Assembly: GCA_965204755.1 (NCBI GenBank)
Contig: OZ242011.1
Span: forward strand, 2,944,001 to 3,008,000
Length of the DNA stretch: 64,000 nt
Source of the DNA: Candidatus Marinacidobacterium sp.
Lineage (GTDB): Bacteria > Acidobacteriota > Vicinamibacteria > Marinacidobacterales > Marinacidobacteraceae
Direction of reading: 5' to 3'
Part shown: piece by piece, positions 28,241 to 38,403 of the stretch
Position numbering within the stretch: the first letter of the stretch is position 1
Layout: the number at the start of each line of letters is the position of its first letter
Program-made: the position numbers and the translations under genes
The notes under the pieces: generated by a model
What the model saw: only the letters and a program-made list of their open reading frames with translations
Database searches by the model: none
What the model was told of the DNA's origin: nothing

Positions 28241-29353
28241 TCAGCGTCGGCGGAGCGTGTTGCGGTCCACCAGGCGGACGGAGACGGAGCGCTCCCGGCC
28301 GTCTCGCCAGACGGTGAGTTCCACTTCGTCTCCCACCCGGTGGTGCGTCTCCAGCAGCAGCATCAGGTCGCGCCGGGACGCCACCCGGACGCCGTCCACC
28401 GAGAGCAGGTAGTCCCCGCCGTAGCGGATGCGCAGGTTCCCGATCCGCCCCATGCGCTCCGCGCCCCGGAGCCCGGCGCGGGCGGTGGGGCCTCCCCGCG
28501 CGACCGACCGGATCATCAGGCCGCCGCCCTCCGGCGCCGCCACCCCGGAGCGGCGGAACACGCCGGCCAGCCGGGGCGGGACCTCCTGGACCGACATCGC
28601 CAGGTGGGGATGCGGGTACCGCCCGTTCTCGATGAGTTCCGGCGCCACCCGCGCCACCGTGGCCGCCGGGATGGCGTAGCCGATGCCGGCCGAGCCGCCG
28701 GTCGGGCTCACGATGGCGCTGTTCACCCCGACCACCCGGCCGTCCAGGTCGAGCAGCGGCCCCCCGGAGTTGCCCCGGTTGATCGCCGCGTCGGTCTGGA
28801 TGATCTCCCCGATGAAGGCTCGGTCGGGGCTCTCGATGACGCGGCCGAGCCCGCTCACCACCCCGGTGGTCAGGGTCTGCTCCAGCCCGAACGGATGCCC
28901 GATGGCGATCACGAACCGGCCCACTTCCAACTCGTCGGAGTCGCCGAGGGCGAGCGGCTCGCGCCCCTCCGCGCCCGAAGGCGCCCGGATCACCGCCAGG
29001 TCGTTCGTCGGGTCGCTCCCGACCAACCGCGCGGCGCGGACTTCGCCGTCGGCGAAAGTGACTTGCAGTTCGACGGCGCCTTCGACGACATGGAAGTTCG
29101 TCACGATGTGCCCGCGCCGGTCGTAGAGGAACCCGGACCCGGTCCCCTCCTCGGTCGTCGGCCCCCGGAACCAGTCGAACCCCTGCGTCCGGGAAGTGAT
29201 GTTCACCACCGCCGGGGTGGCCGCCCGATAGACCGACGACACCCGCCGCTCCAGTTCGATCTGGGCGGAAGCGCCGGCCGCGGCGCCCGCCGCCAGGACG
29301 GCGGCGAGCCCGAGCGCCGGAACGGCGAACGCAGGCCGGCGGCCGAGGGTCAT
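28241..29353 (-). CDS. HtrA/DegP-like serine protease with PDZ domain
   Basis: GTGSG, TNFHVV, DLAVI, QTDAAINRGNSGGPL. Confidence 0.92.
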   Translation of the reverse strand: MTLGRRPAFAVPALGLAAVLAAGAAAGASAQIELERRVSSVYRAATPAVVNITSRTQGFDWFRGPTTEEGTGSGFLYDRRGHIVTNFHVVEGAVELQVTFADGEVRAARLVGSDPTNDLAVIRAPSGAEGREPLALGDSDELEVGRFVIAIGHPFGLEQTLTTGVVSGLGRVIESPDRAFIGEIIQTDAAINRGNSGGPLLDLDGRVVGVNSAIVSPTGGSAGIGYAIPAATVARVAPELIENGRYPHPHLAMSVQEVPPRLAGVFRRSGVAAPEGGGLMIRSVARGGPTARAGLRGAERMGRIGNLRIRYGGDYLLSVDGVRVASRRDLMLLLETHHRVGDEVELTVWRDGRERSVSVRLVDRNTLRRR

Positions 29354-29439
29354 GGGCGGCTGGCGGCGGCTCTCGGGGATGGCGATCCCGGTATTTTGCT
29401 TCCGGCTCGGCCGCTTCCCTTTGGTATCGTTCCGGGACT

Positions 29440-30438
29440 ATGAAATCCGTTTTCAAGATCATCGCCGTCGGGGCGGTCGCTGCTCTCGCGGCATGCGGCG
29501 GCGGCGCGCCGGAGACGCTGACCATCTACTGCGGGCGGGGCGAGTCGCTGGTCGGCCCGGTGGTCGAGCGCTTCATGGCGGAGACCGGCATCCCGGTCGA
29601 GGTCCGGTACGGCGGCACCGCCGACCTGGCGGCGCAGATCCTCGAAGAAGGCGAAGTCAGCCCCGCCGATGTCTATTACGGACAGGACGCCGGCGCGCTC
29701 GGCCAACTGGCGGCCGAGGGCCGGCTGCGCGCGCTCTCCGCGGAGATCCTGGCCCGGGTTCCCGAAGGGTTCCGCGACCCCGGCGGCCGCTGGGTGGGAA
29801 CCACCGGCCGGGCGCGGGTCTTCGTTTACAACACGGAACTCCTGGGGCCGGAGGACCTGCCGGACTCCGTCTGGGGCTTCACCGAGCCCGAATGGAAGGA
29901 CCGGATCGGCTGGGCGCCCACGAACGGCTCCTTCCAGGCGTTCGTCACCGCCCTCCGCGTCCTCGAGGGCGAGGAGCGGGCCGAAGAGTGGCTGCGGGGG
30001 ATCCTGGCGAACGAGCCCGAGGCGTACTCCGGCAACACCGCGATCTACCAGGCGGTCGCCGACGGTGAAGTGGAAGTCGGCCTCTCCAACCACTACTACC
30101 TCTTCCGTTTCCTCGAGCAGCAGGGCGACGAGTTTCCGGCCCGAAGCGTGAGTCCGGCCGGCGGCGGCGCGGGCAGCCTGATCAACATCTCCGGCGGCGG
30201 CGTGCTCGACACCGCGCAGAACCCGGAGGGGGCGGAGAGATTCCTCGCCTACCTCCTCTCGGACGCGGTGCAGGCGGACTTCGCCGCCCGGACCTACGAG
30301 TATCCGCTCGTCGCCGGGATCGCCACCGACCCGGCGGTCATCCCGCTCGAAGAGATCCGGCCGCCGGACCTGGAACTCGGCGACCTCGAGGATCTCCGCG
30401 GCACCCTCGACCTCCTCCGGACCGTCGGGGCGCTCTAG
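29440..30438 (+). CDS. Fe(III) ABC transporter substrate-binding lipoprotein (FbpA/FutA type)
   Basis: Lipobox LAAC; SPADV, APTNGSF, NHYY. Confidence 0.88.
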   Translation: MKSVFKIIAVGAVAALAACGGGAPETLTIYCGRGESLVGPVVERFMAETGIPVEVRYGGTADLAAQILEEGEVSPADVYYGQDAGALGQLAAEGRLRALSAEILARVPEGFRDPGGRWVGTTGRARVFVYNTELLGPEDLPDSVWGFTEPEWKDRIGWAPTNGSFQAFVTALRVLEGEERAEEWLRGILANEPEAYSGNTAIYQAVADGEVEVGLSNHYYLFRFLEQQGDEFPARSVSPAGGGAGSLINISGGGVLDTAQNPEGAERFLAYLLSDAVQADFAARTYEYPLVAGIATDPAVIPLEEIRPPDLELGDLEDLRGTLDLLRTVGAL

Positions 30439-30439
30439 C

Positions 30440-30530
30440 GGCCCGTGGAAGAAGCGCCCCGCCCTCCGCTCTTCGACCGGAGGATGCGAAGTCCCCGTCG
30501 GGTTCGGATGCGGGGCGCTTCTCCCCCGGG
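30440..30530 (-). repeat. Palindromic REP-like element, intergenic copy
   Basis: 13-bp arms agaagcgccccgc (30450-30462) and gcggggcgcttct (30510-30522). Confidence 0.72.
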
Positions 30531-30779
30531 CAGGCGGCGCGAATCGCTTCGCGATTCCCCCCGCCGTCTTTCGCGGGGAGGGGGACACCCCCTCCCCGCA
30601 TCCCTCCCCGGTCGGCGCTTCGCGCCGACGGGCGCTCCGTGGACTTTCTCCACGGGCTGTTAGGCGTCCCGTCTCCACGCTCCGGGCGGTGACCGCGCCT
30701 CCCCGGCCGGGCGGGCGCCCGCCGGTCGGCGGCGAACTCCACCGGTCGGAGCAGGGGCCGCCGGCGGGACGGACGAACG

Positions 30780-32417
30780 ATGACCATCCACCACACGCGG
30801 CCGGGTTCCGGTCGGCCGGCCGCCGCGCTCCGGCCGGGGCGGCCTCCGTCGCGTTCGGTCGTCGTCGCCGGCGCGCTGGTCGGCGCCTGCTGCCTGCTGC
30901 CGCTCCTCTATCTCGCCGGGCGGGCCGCGTTCTCCGGGGCGCTGGCGGACACCGTGCTCCGCAGCCGGAGTCTCGGCGTCGCCGGGCGCACGGTCCTCCT
31001 CACGGTCACGGTCTCGCTGGCGGCGACCGCGCTGGGGCTCCCGCTCGCCTGGCTGACCGCCCGCACCGACCTGCCGGGCCGCCGGCTGCTCACCGGGCTG
31101 CTCGCGCTGCCGCTGGCCGTGCCGTCCTATGTGGCGGCCTTCACCGCGGTCACGGCGCTCGGCCCGCGGGGGCTGCTCTTCCGCGCGGTCGAGCCGCTGA
31201 CCGGGTGGGAGCGGCTGCCGGAGATCTACGGGTTTCCGGGGGCCTTCCTGGTGCTCACGCTGCTCAACTATCCGTATGCGTACCTGGCGGCGCGGGCGCG
31301 GTTCGCCGGGATGGACGCCTCGCTCCGGGAGGCGGCGCAGGTGCTCGGCGCCGGGAGGTGGCGCCGGTTCCGGCGGGTCACCCTGCCGCTGCTCTCCGGC
31401 GCCTTGCTCTCCGGCGGGCTGCTCTCCGCGCTCTACACGCTGAGCGACTTCGGCGCCGTCTCCCTCCTCCGCTACGAGACCTTCACCTGGGCCATCTACA
31501 ACCACTACCGGGGCTCGCTCGACCGCGAGACCGCCGCCGGGCTGGCGCTCCTGCTGGTCTTCGCGACGCTCCTGGTCCTGGCCGCCGTCCGCTGGATCGA
31601 GTCCCGGACGGCGCCGCCCGCGCCGGGCGCCGTCCGGCCCCGCCGCCCGAAGCCCGCCCCGCTCGGCGCGTTCCGCTGGCCCGCCTTCGCGCTTTGTCTC
31701 GCCGTGCTCGTCCCGGCGCTGCTCCTGCCGACCGCGGTCTGCCTCTACTGGTGGATCCGGGCGCCGGGCGGCGCGGCGGCCGGGCTGCTCCCGGCGCTCG
31801 GACGCACCGGGCTCGCGGCGGCGCTCGCCGCCGGCTGCACGACCGCCGCCGCCTTCCCGGTCGCCTTCCTCGCCGTCCGCTTCCGCTCCCGCGCCACCGC
31901 GGCGCTGCGCTCCGCCTGCCACCTCGGGTTCGGGCTGCCGGGGCTGGTGGTCGGGCTCTCGCTGGTGTGGTTTTCGGTGAACGCCGCCCCGTTCCTCTAC
32001 CAGACCCTCGCGCTCCTGGTCTTCGCCTACGCCGTGCACTCGCTGCCCCAGGCGCTCGGCCCGCTGGAGGCCTCGCTCACCCCGCTCAGCCCGCGGCTCG
32101 ACGACGCGGCGAGGACGCTCGGCGCCGGCTGGTGGCGGCGGCAGGCCGCCGTCACCCTGCCGCTGCTGCGTCCGGGGATCGCCGCCGGGTCGGCGCTGGT
32201 GTTCCTGACCACGGTGAAGGAACTGCCCGCCACGCTGATGCTGGCCCCCACCGGGTTCCGGACGCTGGCCACCACCGCGTGGAGCGCCGCCGAGAATGTG
32301 GAACTCGGCCGCGCCGCCGCCGCGGGGCTGGCGCTGCTCGCCCTCTCGATGGCGGCGCTGCTGTTCGTGCTCCGGGAGACCGCCCGGCTGACCCCGGCGG
32401 CGCGGAGGGTCGAGTGA
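30780..32417 (+). CDS. Fe(III) ABC transporter permease
   Basis: Two EAA-like loops; LPLAVPSYV, LSDFG, KELPATL. Confidence 0.9.
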   Translation: MTIHHTRPGSGRPAAALRPGRPPSRSVVVAGALVGACCLLPLLYLAGRAAFSGALADTVLRSRSLGVAGRTVLLTVTVSLAATALGLPLAWLTARTDLPGRRLLTGLLALPLAVPSYVAAFTAVTALGPRGLLFRAVEPLTGWERLPEIYGFPGAFLVLTLLNYPYAYLAARARFAGMDASLREAAQVLGAGRWRRFRRVTLPLLSGALLSGGLLSALYTLSDFGAVSLLRYETFTWAIYNHYRGSLDRETAAGLALLLVFATLLVLAAVRWIESRTAPPAPGAVRPRRPKPAPLGAFRWPAFALCLAVLVPALLLPTAVCLYWWIRAPGGAAAGLLPALGRTGLAAALAAGCTTAAAFPVAFLAVRFRSRATAALRSACHLGFGLPGLVVGLSLVWFSVNAAPFLYQTLALLVFAYAVHSLPQALGPLEASLTPLSPRLDDAARTLGAGWWRRQAAVTLPLLRPGIAAGSALVFLTTVKELPATLMLAPTGFRTLATTAWSAAENVELGRAAAAGLALLALSMAALLFVLRETARLTPAARRVE

Positions 32418-32463
32418 CCCGGCGGCCCGGTTCGCGGCGCGGCGCGACGGCGGAGGAAGCGGC

Positions 32464-33615
32464 GTGACCGCGCGGCCGGCGCTCCGCTGCTCCGGGATCG
32501 AGCGGCGGTTCCCCGCCGCGGTCCTCGCGAACGGCGGCGCCTCCGGCAACGGGCACGGCGAACGGCAGGTGCTCGCCGGGGTGGACCTCGAAGTGGAGAG
32601 CGGCGGGCTCCTCGCGGTGCTCGGGCCGAGCGGGGGCGGGAAGACCACGCTCCTCCGGATCGTCGCCGGGCTGGAGACGCCGGACGCCGGCCGGGTGGAG
32701 GTCCTGGGCCGGCCGGTGACCGCGCCGGGCGTCTTCGTGCCGCCCGAGTCCCGGCGGGTGGGGCTGGTGTTCCAGGACTACGCGCTCTTCCCGCACCTCA
32801 CGGCGCGGGAGAACGCCGGCTTCGGCGTGCCGGGGCCCGGCGGGAGCGCCCGGGCCGACGAAGCGCTCTCGCTGCTCGGCCTCTCCGGGGTCGCCGACCA
32901 CCGCCCCGACGAACTCTCCGGCGGGGAGCAGCAGCGGGTGGCGCTCGCCCGCGCGCTCGCCCCCGAACCGGCGGTGTTGCTGCTCGACGAGCCGTTCTCG
33001 AACCTGGACGCGGCGTTCCGGGTCGGCGTCCGCGACGAAGTCGCCGGGCTCCTCCGGAGGATCGGCGCGACCGCGGTGCTGGTGACCCACGACCGCGAGG
33101 AGGCGTTCGCCCTGGCCGACCGGGTGGCGCTGCTCCTCGGCGGCGTGATCCGCCGCGTCGGCGCGCCGCAGGAACTCGCCGCGAACCCCGGCAGCCGCGA
33201 GGCGGCGCGGTTCCTCGGGGAAACGAACCTCCTCCCGGCGGAGAGCGACGGCCGATCGGCGGTCTGCGAGATCGGACGCGTGGAGGTCGCGCCGCCGCCC
33301 GCCGGCGAGTCCGCGCCCGCCGGGCCGGTGGAGGTGTTGCTGCCGCTCGACGGACTGCTGCTCGAGCCGTTCGCGGTGGAGGAGTCGTGGTCCGGCTCAC
33401 CGGGGGCGAACGGCGGCGCGCTGGCGGAGTTGACCCGGGCGACCTTCCACGGGGCGTACCAACTCCTCGAGGCCCGCCTGCCGTCCGGCGCCGCGCTGAG
33501 GGCCCGCTGCCCGGCGCGGGCCCACCGGCAGGGCCTGCTCCGCCCCGGCCAGCGCGTGCGCATCCGGCCGGCAGGCCCGGTCCCGGCGTTTCCCCTCGCG
33601 GCGGACTCGTCGTAG
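32464..33615 (+). CDS. Fe(III) ABC transporter ATP-binding protein
   Basis: GPSGGGKT, FQDYALFPHL, LSGGEQQR, LLLDEPF. Confidence 0.92.
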   Translation: MTARPALRCSGIERRFPAAVLANGGASGNGHGERQVLAGVDLEVESGGLLAVLGPSGGGKTTLLRIVAGLETPDAGRVEVLGRPVTAPGVFVPPESRRVGLVFQDYALFPHLTARENAGFGVPGPGGSARADEALSLLGLSGVADHRPDELSGGEQQRVALARALAPEPAVLLLDEPFSNLDAAFRVGVRDEVAGLLRRIGATAVLVTHDREEAFALADRVALLLGGVIRRVGAPQELAANPGSREAARFLGETNLLPAESDGRSAVCEIGRVEVAPPPAGESAPAGPVEVLLPLDGLLLEPFAVEESWSGSPGANGGALAELTRATFHGAYQLLEARLPSGAALRARCPARAHRQGLLRPGQRVRIRPAGPVPAFPLAADSS

Positions 33616-33665
33616 TCGGCCGGCCCGCGGCCGCGCGTTCGCCGGGCGCGGCCCGGTAGGGGAGA

Positions 33666-34556
33666 ATGGCGGGTATGGATCGAACGGCGCGCCGGGGACT
33701 CCGGTTCGTTCTCGTCGGATCGGTCCTCGCGGTCGGCGCGGGTTGCGGCCCGCCTTCGGGCGAGCATCCGTGGAACGCGCTCGACGCCGAGCGCCCGATC
33801 GCCGCGGCGGACAGCGTGTTCATCGAGGAACTCACTTGGATGGAAGTGCGCGACCGCATCGCCGACGGGGCGGTGACGGCGATCGTCGCCACCGGCGGCA
33901 TCGAGCAGAACGGGCCCTATGTGGTGACCGGCAAGCACGATGTGGTGCTCCGCGCGACCACCGAAGCCATCGCGCGCCGCCTCGGGAACGCCCTGGTCGC
34001 GCCCATCGTGGAACTCGTTCCCGAAGGCGGCCACGACCCGCCCACCGGACACATGCGTTATCCCGGAACCATCAGCCTCACGCAAGACACCTTCGAGAGC
34101 CTGCTCTGGGATGTCTCCCGCAGTCTGGCGGTGGGCGGGTTCCGCGAAGTGATGCTCATCGGCGACAGCGGCGGGAACCAGCGCGGCCTGGCGGCGGTGG
34201 CCGAGCGCTGGAACGCGGCCCCGCCGCATCCGGGAACGCGCCTCCACCACATTCCCGAGTACTACACCGAAGACCTGTGGAGTTACGAGCAACTGAAGGA
34301 ACTCGGCGTCTTCCAGACTCCCGATGTGCAGTCCGCTTCCCGCGGCGACATCCACGACGACTACCACTACGACGCGATCATGGCGACGGTGGACCCCGCC
34401 TCGATCCGCGCCGCCGAACGCCGCGCCGCCGGCCGGTTCGAGATCAACGGCGTCCCGCTCGACCCGCTGGACGAGACGATCGCGAACGGCTACGCCCTGA
34501 TCGCCCGCCGCGCGGAAATCACCATCGCCGCGTTCGAACGCTCGCTCGCGCGCTGA
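33666..34556 (+). CDS. Creatininase family protein, lipoprotein-like leader
   Basis: IEELTWMEVRD, GGIEQNGP, PGTISL, GDSGGNQ. Confidence 0.85.
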   Translation: MAGMDRTARRGLRFVLVGSVLAVGAGCGPPSGEHPWNALDAERPIAAADSVFIEELTWMEVRDRIADGAVTAIVATGGIEQNGPYVVTGKHDVVLRATTEAIARRLGNALVAPIVELVPEGGHDPPTGHMRYPGTISLTQDTFESLLWDVSRSLAVGGFREVMLIGDSGGNQRGLAAVAERWNAAPPHPGTRLHHIPEYYTEDLWSYEQLKELGVFQTPDVQSASRGDIHDDYHYDAIMATVDPASIRAAERRAAGRFEINGVPLDPLDETIANGYALIARRAEITIAAFERSLAR

Positions 34557-34574
34557 CGCCCGCGAGTCGGGCGG

Positions 34575-34751
34575 TCACTCGTCCTCGTCGTCCCCGCGCC
34601 GCCTGCCGTAGTACCGCTCGTCGATCCGGTTCACGGCGTAAACGAGGAAGCGCAGCGCCCGGTAACTGAGCCACACGCCGCCGCCCCCCATCAGGAGCAG
34701 CAGCGCGAGGTTCCACCAAGAGAAGTCCGGAGACCACCACCTGAGTTCCAT
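34575..34751 (-). CDS. 58-aa small membrane protein (below the ORF-track cut-off)
   Basis: AAAGGA RBS, ATG, MELRWWSPDFSWWNLALLLLMGGGGVWLSYRALRFLVYAVNRIDERYYGRRRGDDEDE*. Confidence 0.6.
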   Translation of the reverse strand: MELRWWSPDFSWWNLALLLLMGGGGVWLSYRALRFLVYAVNRIDERYYGRRRGDDEDE

Positions 34752-34867
34752 GGTCGATTCCTTTCGGTCGGAGACTACACCTTCGGAACCGGGTCGGTCG
34801 GCCCATCGTTTATCCGCGTACCCGGTGGCCGCGCGGCGACGACAGTCGGGCGGCAGGGAGGTTGGAG

Positions 34868-35836
34868 ATGGCCGAGCCGAAGACCGAAGGCATTCCCGGT
34901 CCGGGCGCTGCGCCGATGGTCGGCGCCGCCGCGGAGGAATCGGGAGGCGGCGACCTGGACGCGGTGGGGCTCTACCTGCGAGGCATCCGTCGGGGCGGGC
35001 GGCCGGCGAAGGGGGGCGAGTTGCCCTGCTGCTCCGCCGGACGGGCGCCGGGAGCGAGCAAGGGCGGCCGGGTGTTCCGGTGCGCCGCCCTCCGGTCCCC
35101 GGACGCCGCGCCCTGCGGGCTGGTGCTCGGCCACCTGCGGCTGGTCGTCTCCGTGGCGCGGCGTTACGAGCGGTTCCACCTGCCGCTCGGGGACCTGATC
35201 CAGGAGGGCAATGTCGGCTTGCTGGAGGCCGTTCGGAACTACGAGCCGAAGCGCCACGGGAGATTCGTTCGCCACGCGGCGAACTGCATCAAGAAGGAGA
35301 TCTGCCGGGCGCTCTCCGAGGCGCGGACGATCCACATCCCGCGGGAGAAACTCGCCCGGCGGCGGCAGTTGGCTCGGGTCGCCGGGAATCTCGAGCAACG
35401 CGCCGGGAATGAAGCCGGCGACGCGCGGCCCCGGCCGCAACACCGACTCGAAGACGACGCCAGGGAAATCGGCGTGGAGCCCGAGGAACTTCGCGAAATC
35501 CTGCTCCTGGTGCCCGAAATGGATTCCCTCGACGCGCCGAGCGAGCCGAACGGAAGGGCGTTGGCCGAGCGGTTGCCCGGCGCCGGCGGCGCCGACCCGC
35601 TCGCGGCCGCCGAGGACTCGGAACGGCGCCGCCTCCTGCGCGAGGCGGTGGCCGGACTCCCTCCCCGTTACCGCCGGCTCGTGGAGCGGCGGTACGGACT
35701 CGACGGCGGCGGCGAGGCCCGGCTGGCCGACCTCGCGGAGGAATTCGAGGTCTCGATTCCCCGCGCGCACCAGTTGCTCGCGAAGGCGGTGAAGCAACTT
35801 CGCGGCGCCCTCCGCTTCCAACCCTCGGCCGGCTGA
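34868..35836 (+). CDS. Sigma-70 family (RpoD/RpoS/RpoH-like) sigma factor, divergent
   Basis: DAVGLYLRGI, HLRLVVSVARRY, DLIQEGNVGLLEAV, RTIHIP, SLDAP, region-4 HTH. Confidence 0.88.
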   Translation: MAEPKTEGIPGPGAAPMVGAAAEESGGGDLDAVGLYLRGIRRGGRPAKGGELPCCSAGRAPGASKGGRVFRCAALRSPDAAPCGLVLGHLRLVVSVARRYERFHLPLGDLIQEGNVGLLEAVRNYEPKRHGRFVRHAANCIKKEICRALSEARTIHIPREKLARRRQLARVAGNLEQRAGNEAGDARPRPQHRLEDDAREIGVEPEELREILLLVPEMDSLDAPSEPNGRALAERLPGAGGADPLAAAEDSERRRLLREAVAGLPPRYRRLVERRYGLDGGGEARLADLAEEFEVSIPRAHQLLAKAVKQLRGALRFQPSAG

Positions 35837-35907
35837 CTGTCGCCCGCCGTCCGCGGCGACGCGGACCGGCGGCCCACCGGAATTCCGCCGCGCGCCGACC
35901 TCGGCAG

Positions 35908-38361
35908 TTACAGCGAACGCAGCAGCGCCCAAGGGTTGGCCTTCGCCGCCCGGAGTCCGGCGTAGAGGCCGCCGGCGGCCATGAGGAGCGCGGCGAGCGC
36001 GGCGGGGCCCAGGTAGAGGAACGGATCGCCGGTCTCGACCCAGGGGATGCGGCTCCCGATCGCCCGGGCGAGCAGCCAGCCGAGCAGCAGCCCCGCGCCG
36101 ACTCCGGCGGCGGCCGCCGCGCCGGTCCGGCGGGCGACCTGCCAGACGACGACCGCCGGCTCGGCGCCGAGCGCCAGCCGGATCGCGTTCGGCTGCGCCT
36201 CGCGGGCCGCGCTGTCCGAAAGGTGGCCGACGACGCCGACCACCGTGAGCAGGATGCCGGCTACGGCGAAGACGATCAGCACCACGGAAGCGAGCCCCGA
36301 ACTGCCGAGCATTCCCGACCGCCGACTGCGCACCGAATCCGTCTGCAGCACCCGCAGCGACGGGTCAACCGCACGGGGAATCCCGGCCAGGACGCCGAGG
36401 GCTTCCGGCGACAGCCCGTCGCGGAACCGCGCCACGACCTCCGTCTTGTCCGCGAGCACGGCCCCGAGGAGCGCGTGCAGCGGCGCCGCCGCGCCGCCGT
36501 CGTCCGTTTCCTCCGCGTAGGGCCGGTACAGGTTGGATTGCCGGCGCCGCGCCGGAAAAGGCAGGACATCGGCCGCCACGCCCACGACGCGCACCGGGTC
36601 GAGTCCGGCGCGAACGAGGTCGCCGACCGGGTCTTCCGGGAGCCCGGCCGCGAAACTCCGGTCCACGACGCCGACCGCCTCTCCGGAGGCGCGGTCCGCC
36701 TCGGTGAAGCCGCGCCCCCGGACGACCGGGATCCGGAGCGCGCCCAGCATTCCCCCGCTGATGCGGCGGACGGCGAGCGGCCGCGCCTCTTCGCCCCCGG
36801 CCCCGGTGACGCGGAGAATGGATCCCGAAGGGTCGTCCGGCAGGTAGTCGCCGTAGCCGGCGGCTTCCACGGCCGGAATCGCCTCGATCCGCTCGACGAG
36901 TTCGTCCAGGATCCGCCGCCGCTCCGCGCTCGACGGCGCGAAGTCCGCCCCGCGCCCCCCGAAGTCCACGGTCATCACGCCGAGGCCGGAGTCGGAGTAG
37001 CCGCCGCGTCCGGCGAGAAGGGAGAACGCGCTCCCGGCCACGACCGCGGTGGCGATCAGGATCACCGTGGAGGCGGCGGTCCCGCCGGCGAGGAGCGGCA
37101 GGAGGAACGGCCGCCGGCCGTGCGCGCCCCGCGTTCCCTGGGTGATGGCCGCCGAGCGCTCCCGGAGGATCTCGACGAGCGACGGCGCTTCCGCGAGCCC
37201 GACGGCGAAGAGCGCGGCCAAGAAGGCCGGCAGGGCCGTTTCGACGCCGATCTCCCAGTCCGCCGCGAAGAGCAGGTGCGCCCCGTACGACCTCAGGACC
37301 GGCAGCAGGTAGGTCGAAACCGCCAGTGCGCCCCCGGCCACGGCGACGGCGAGAAGGACGATCCGGATCCCGGAGGCCGCGACTTCGTCTCCGGGCGCGG
37401 CGCCGAGCGACCTCCGGATGCCCGAGGCGCGCTGCTCGGACAGCGCCTGGGAGAGCCGGAGGCTCGCCACGCTCGCCGCGGCGACGAGGAGCAGGAGCAG
37501 GGCGCCGCCGCGGAGGATCTCGAGGGTCGGGCGAATGCCCTCGGTCAACTCCTCGGTCAGGGGCGACAGGACGACTTGCTCCTCGTCCGACCGGAATCCG
37601 GCGCGGCGGAGAACCGCCGTCGCTTCGGCGCCCGCCGCGGCGGGGGAGGCCCCCGGGGCGAGTCGGGCGAAGGTCGGGTAGGTCCGGGTTATCCCGCTGC
37701 CCGTCGTCGAGGCCAAGGGCAACCAGGCCACGATCCTCGGCGTGGGGAACACGAAGTCGCGGGGCATCAGGCCGATGACCTCGAGACGCTGACGCCCGAG
37801 GTCCAGAGTCTCCCCGACCGCCTCGGCTGCGTCGCCGAACAGGGCGGCGGCCAGGTCCTCGCGCAGGAGGGCGGCGCTCGGCGCCTCGCCGTCGGAAAGG
37901 ACGACCCGGTGGTCCGCCTCGTCGAAGAGCCTCCCGGCCACCGGAGCGGCGCCGAGCGCCTGGAGCATTCCGGGGCCGAGAGACGCGGCGACGATGAGGC
38001 GGGCGTGGGCCGCTCCGCCGATGACGCCGGTTCGCGGGATCCAGGCGCCGATCCAGGCCAGCGAACCGGCGGACTCCACGAGTTCCGCCGCCTCCGCATC
38101 CGTCGGGGAGGAGGTGGGGCGGTCGTCGCCGCTCCCGCGAACCGTCCCGCGAACCGATTCGACGGAAACCTCGACGATCTCGTCGGCGTTGCGCCACGAC
38201 AGTCGGCGCTCGACGGTGCTGTTCCAGACCGCGGTCACCGAGTGGCCGGCGGCCGCGGCCACGCTGAGGACGAGCACGGCGGCCGCAGCGTTCCATCGGG
38301 CCGCGGCGAGGGAGCGGAACGCTACGCGGAACGCGTTCTTCCAGCGGGTGGCGGTGAGCAT
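35908..38361 (-). CDS. Duplicated MacB/FtsX-type ABC permease (ADOP-like), no adjacent ATPase
   Basis: Two MacB_PCD plus FtsX halves; GIRRSLGA and AIRLALGA. Confidence 0.8.
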   Translation of the reverse strand: MLTATRWKNAFRVAFRSLAAARWNAAAAVLVLSVAAAAGHSVTAVWNSTVERRLSWRNADEIVEVSVESVRGTVRGSGDDRPTSSPTDAEAAELVESAGSLAWIGAWIPRTGVIGGAAHARLIVAASLGPGMLQALGAAPVAGRLFDEADHRVVLSDGEAPSAALLREDLAAALFGDAAEAVGETLDLGRQRLEVIGLMPRDFVFPTPRIVAWLPLASTTGSGITRTYPTFARLAPGASPAAAGAEATAVLRRAGFRSDEEQVVLSPLTEELTEGIRPTLEILRGGALLLLLVAAASVASLRLSQALSEQRASGIRRSLGAAPGDEVAASGIRIVLLAVAVAGGALAVSTYLLPVLRSYGAHLLFAADWEIGVETALPAFLAALFAVGLAEAPSLVEILRERSAAITQGTRGAHGRRPFLLPLLAGGTAASTVILIATAVVAGSAFSLLAGRGGYSDSGLGVMTVDFGGRGADFAPSSAERRRILDELVERIEAIPAVEAAGYGDYLPDDPSGSILRVTGAGGEEARPLAVRRISGGMLGALRIPVVRGRGFTEADRASGEAVGVVDRSFAAGLPEDPVGDLVRAGLDPVRVVGVAADVLPFPARRRQSNLYRPYAEETDDGGAAAPLHALLGAVLADKTEVVARFRDGLSPEALGVLAGIPRAVDPSLRVLQTDSVRSRRSGMLGSSGLASVVLIVFAVAGILLTVVGVVGHLSDSAAREAQPNAIRLALGAEPAVVVWQVARRTGAAAAAGVGAGLLLGWLLARAIGSRIPWVETGDPFLYLGPAALAALLMAAGGLYAGLRAAKANPWALLRSL

Positions 38362-38403
38362 GTCCGGCGGCGAGGAATCGGGTGGAGGGGTGTTCGGTGG
38401 CGC

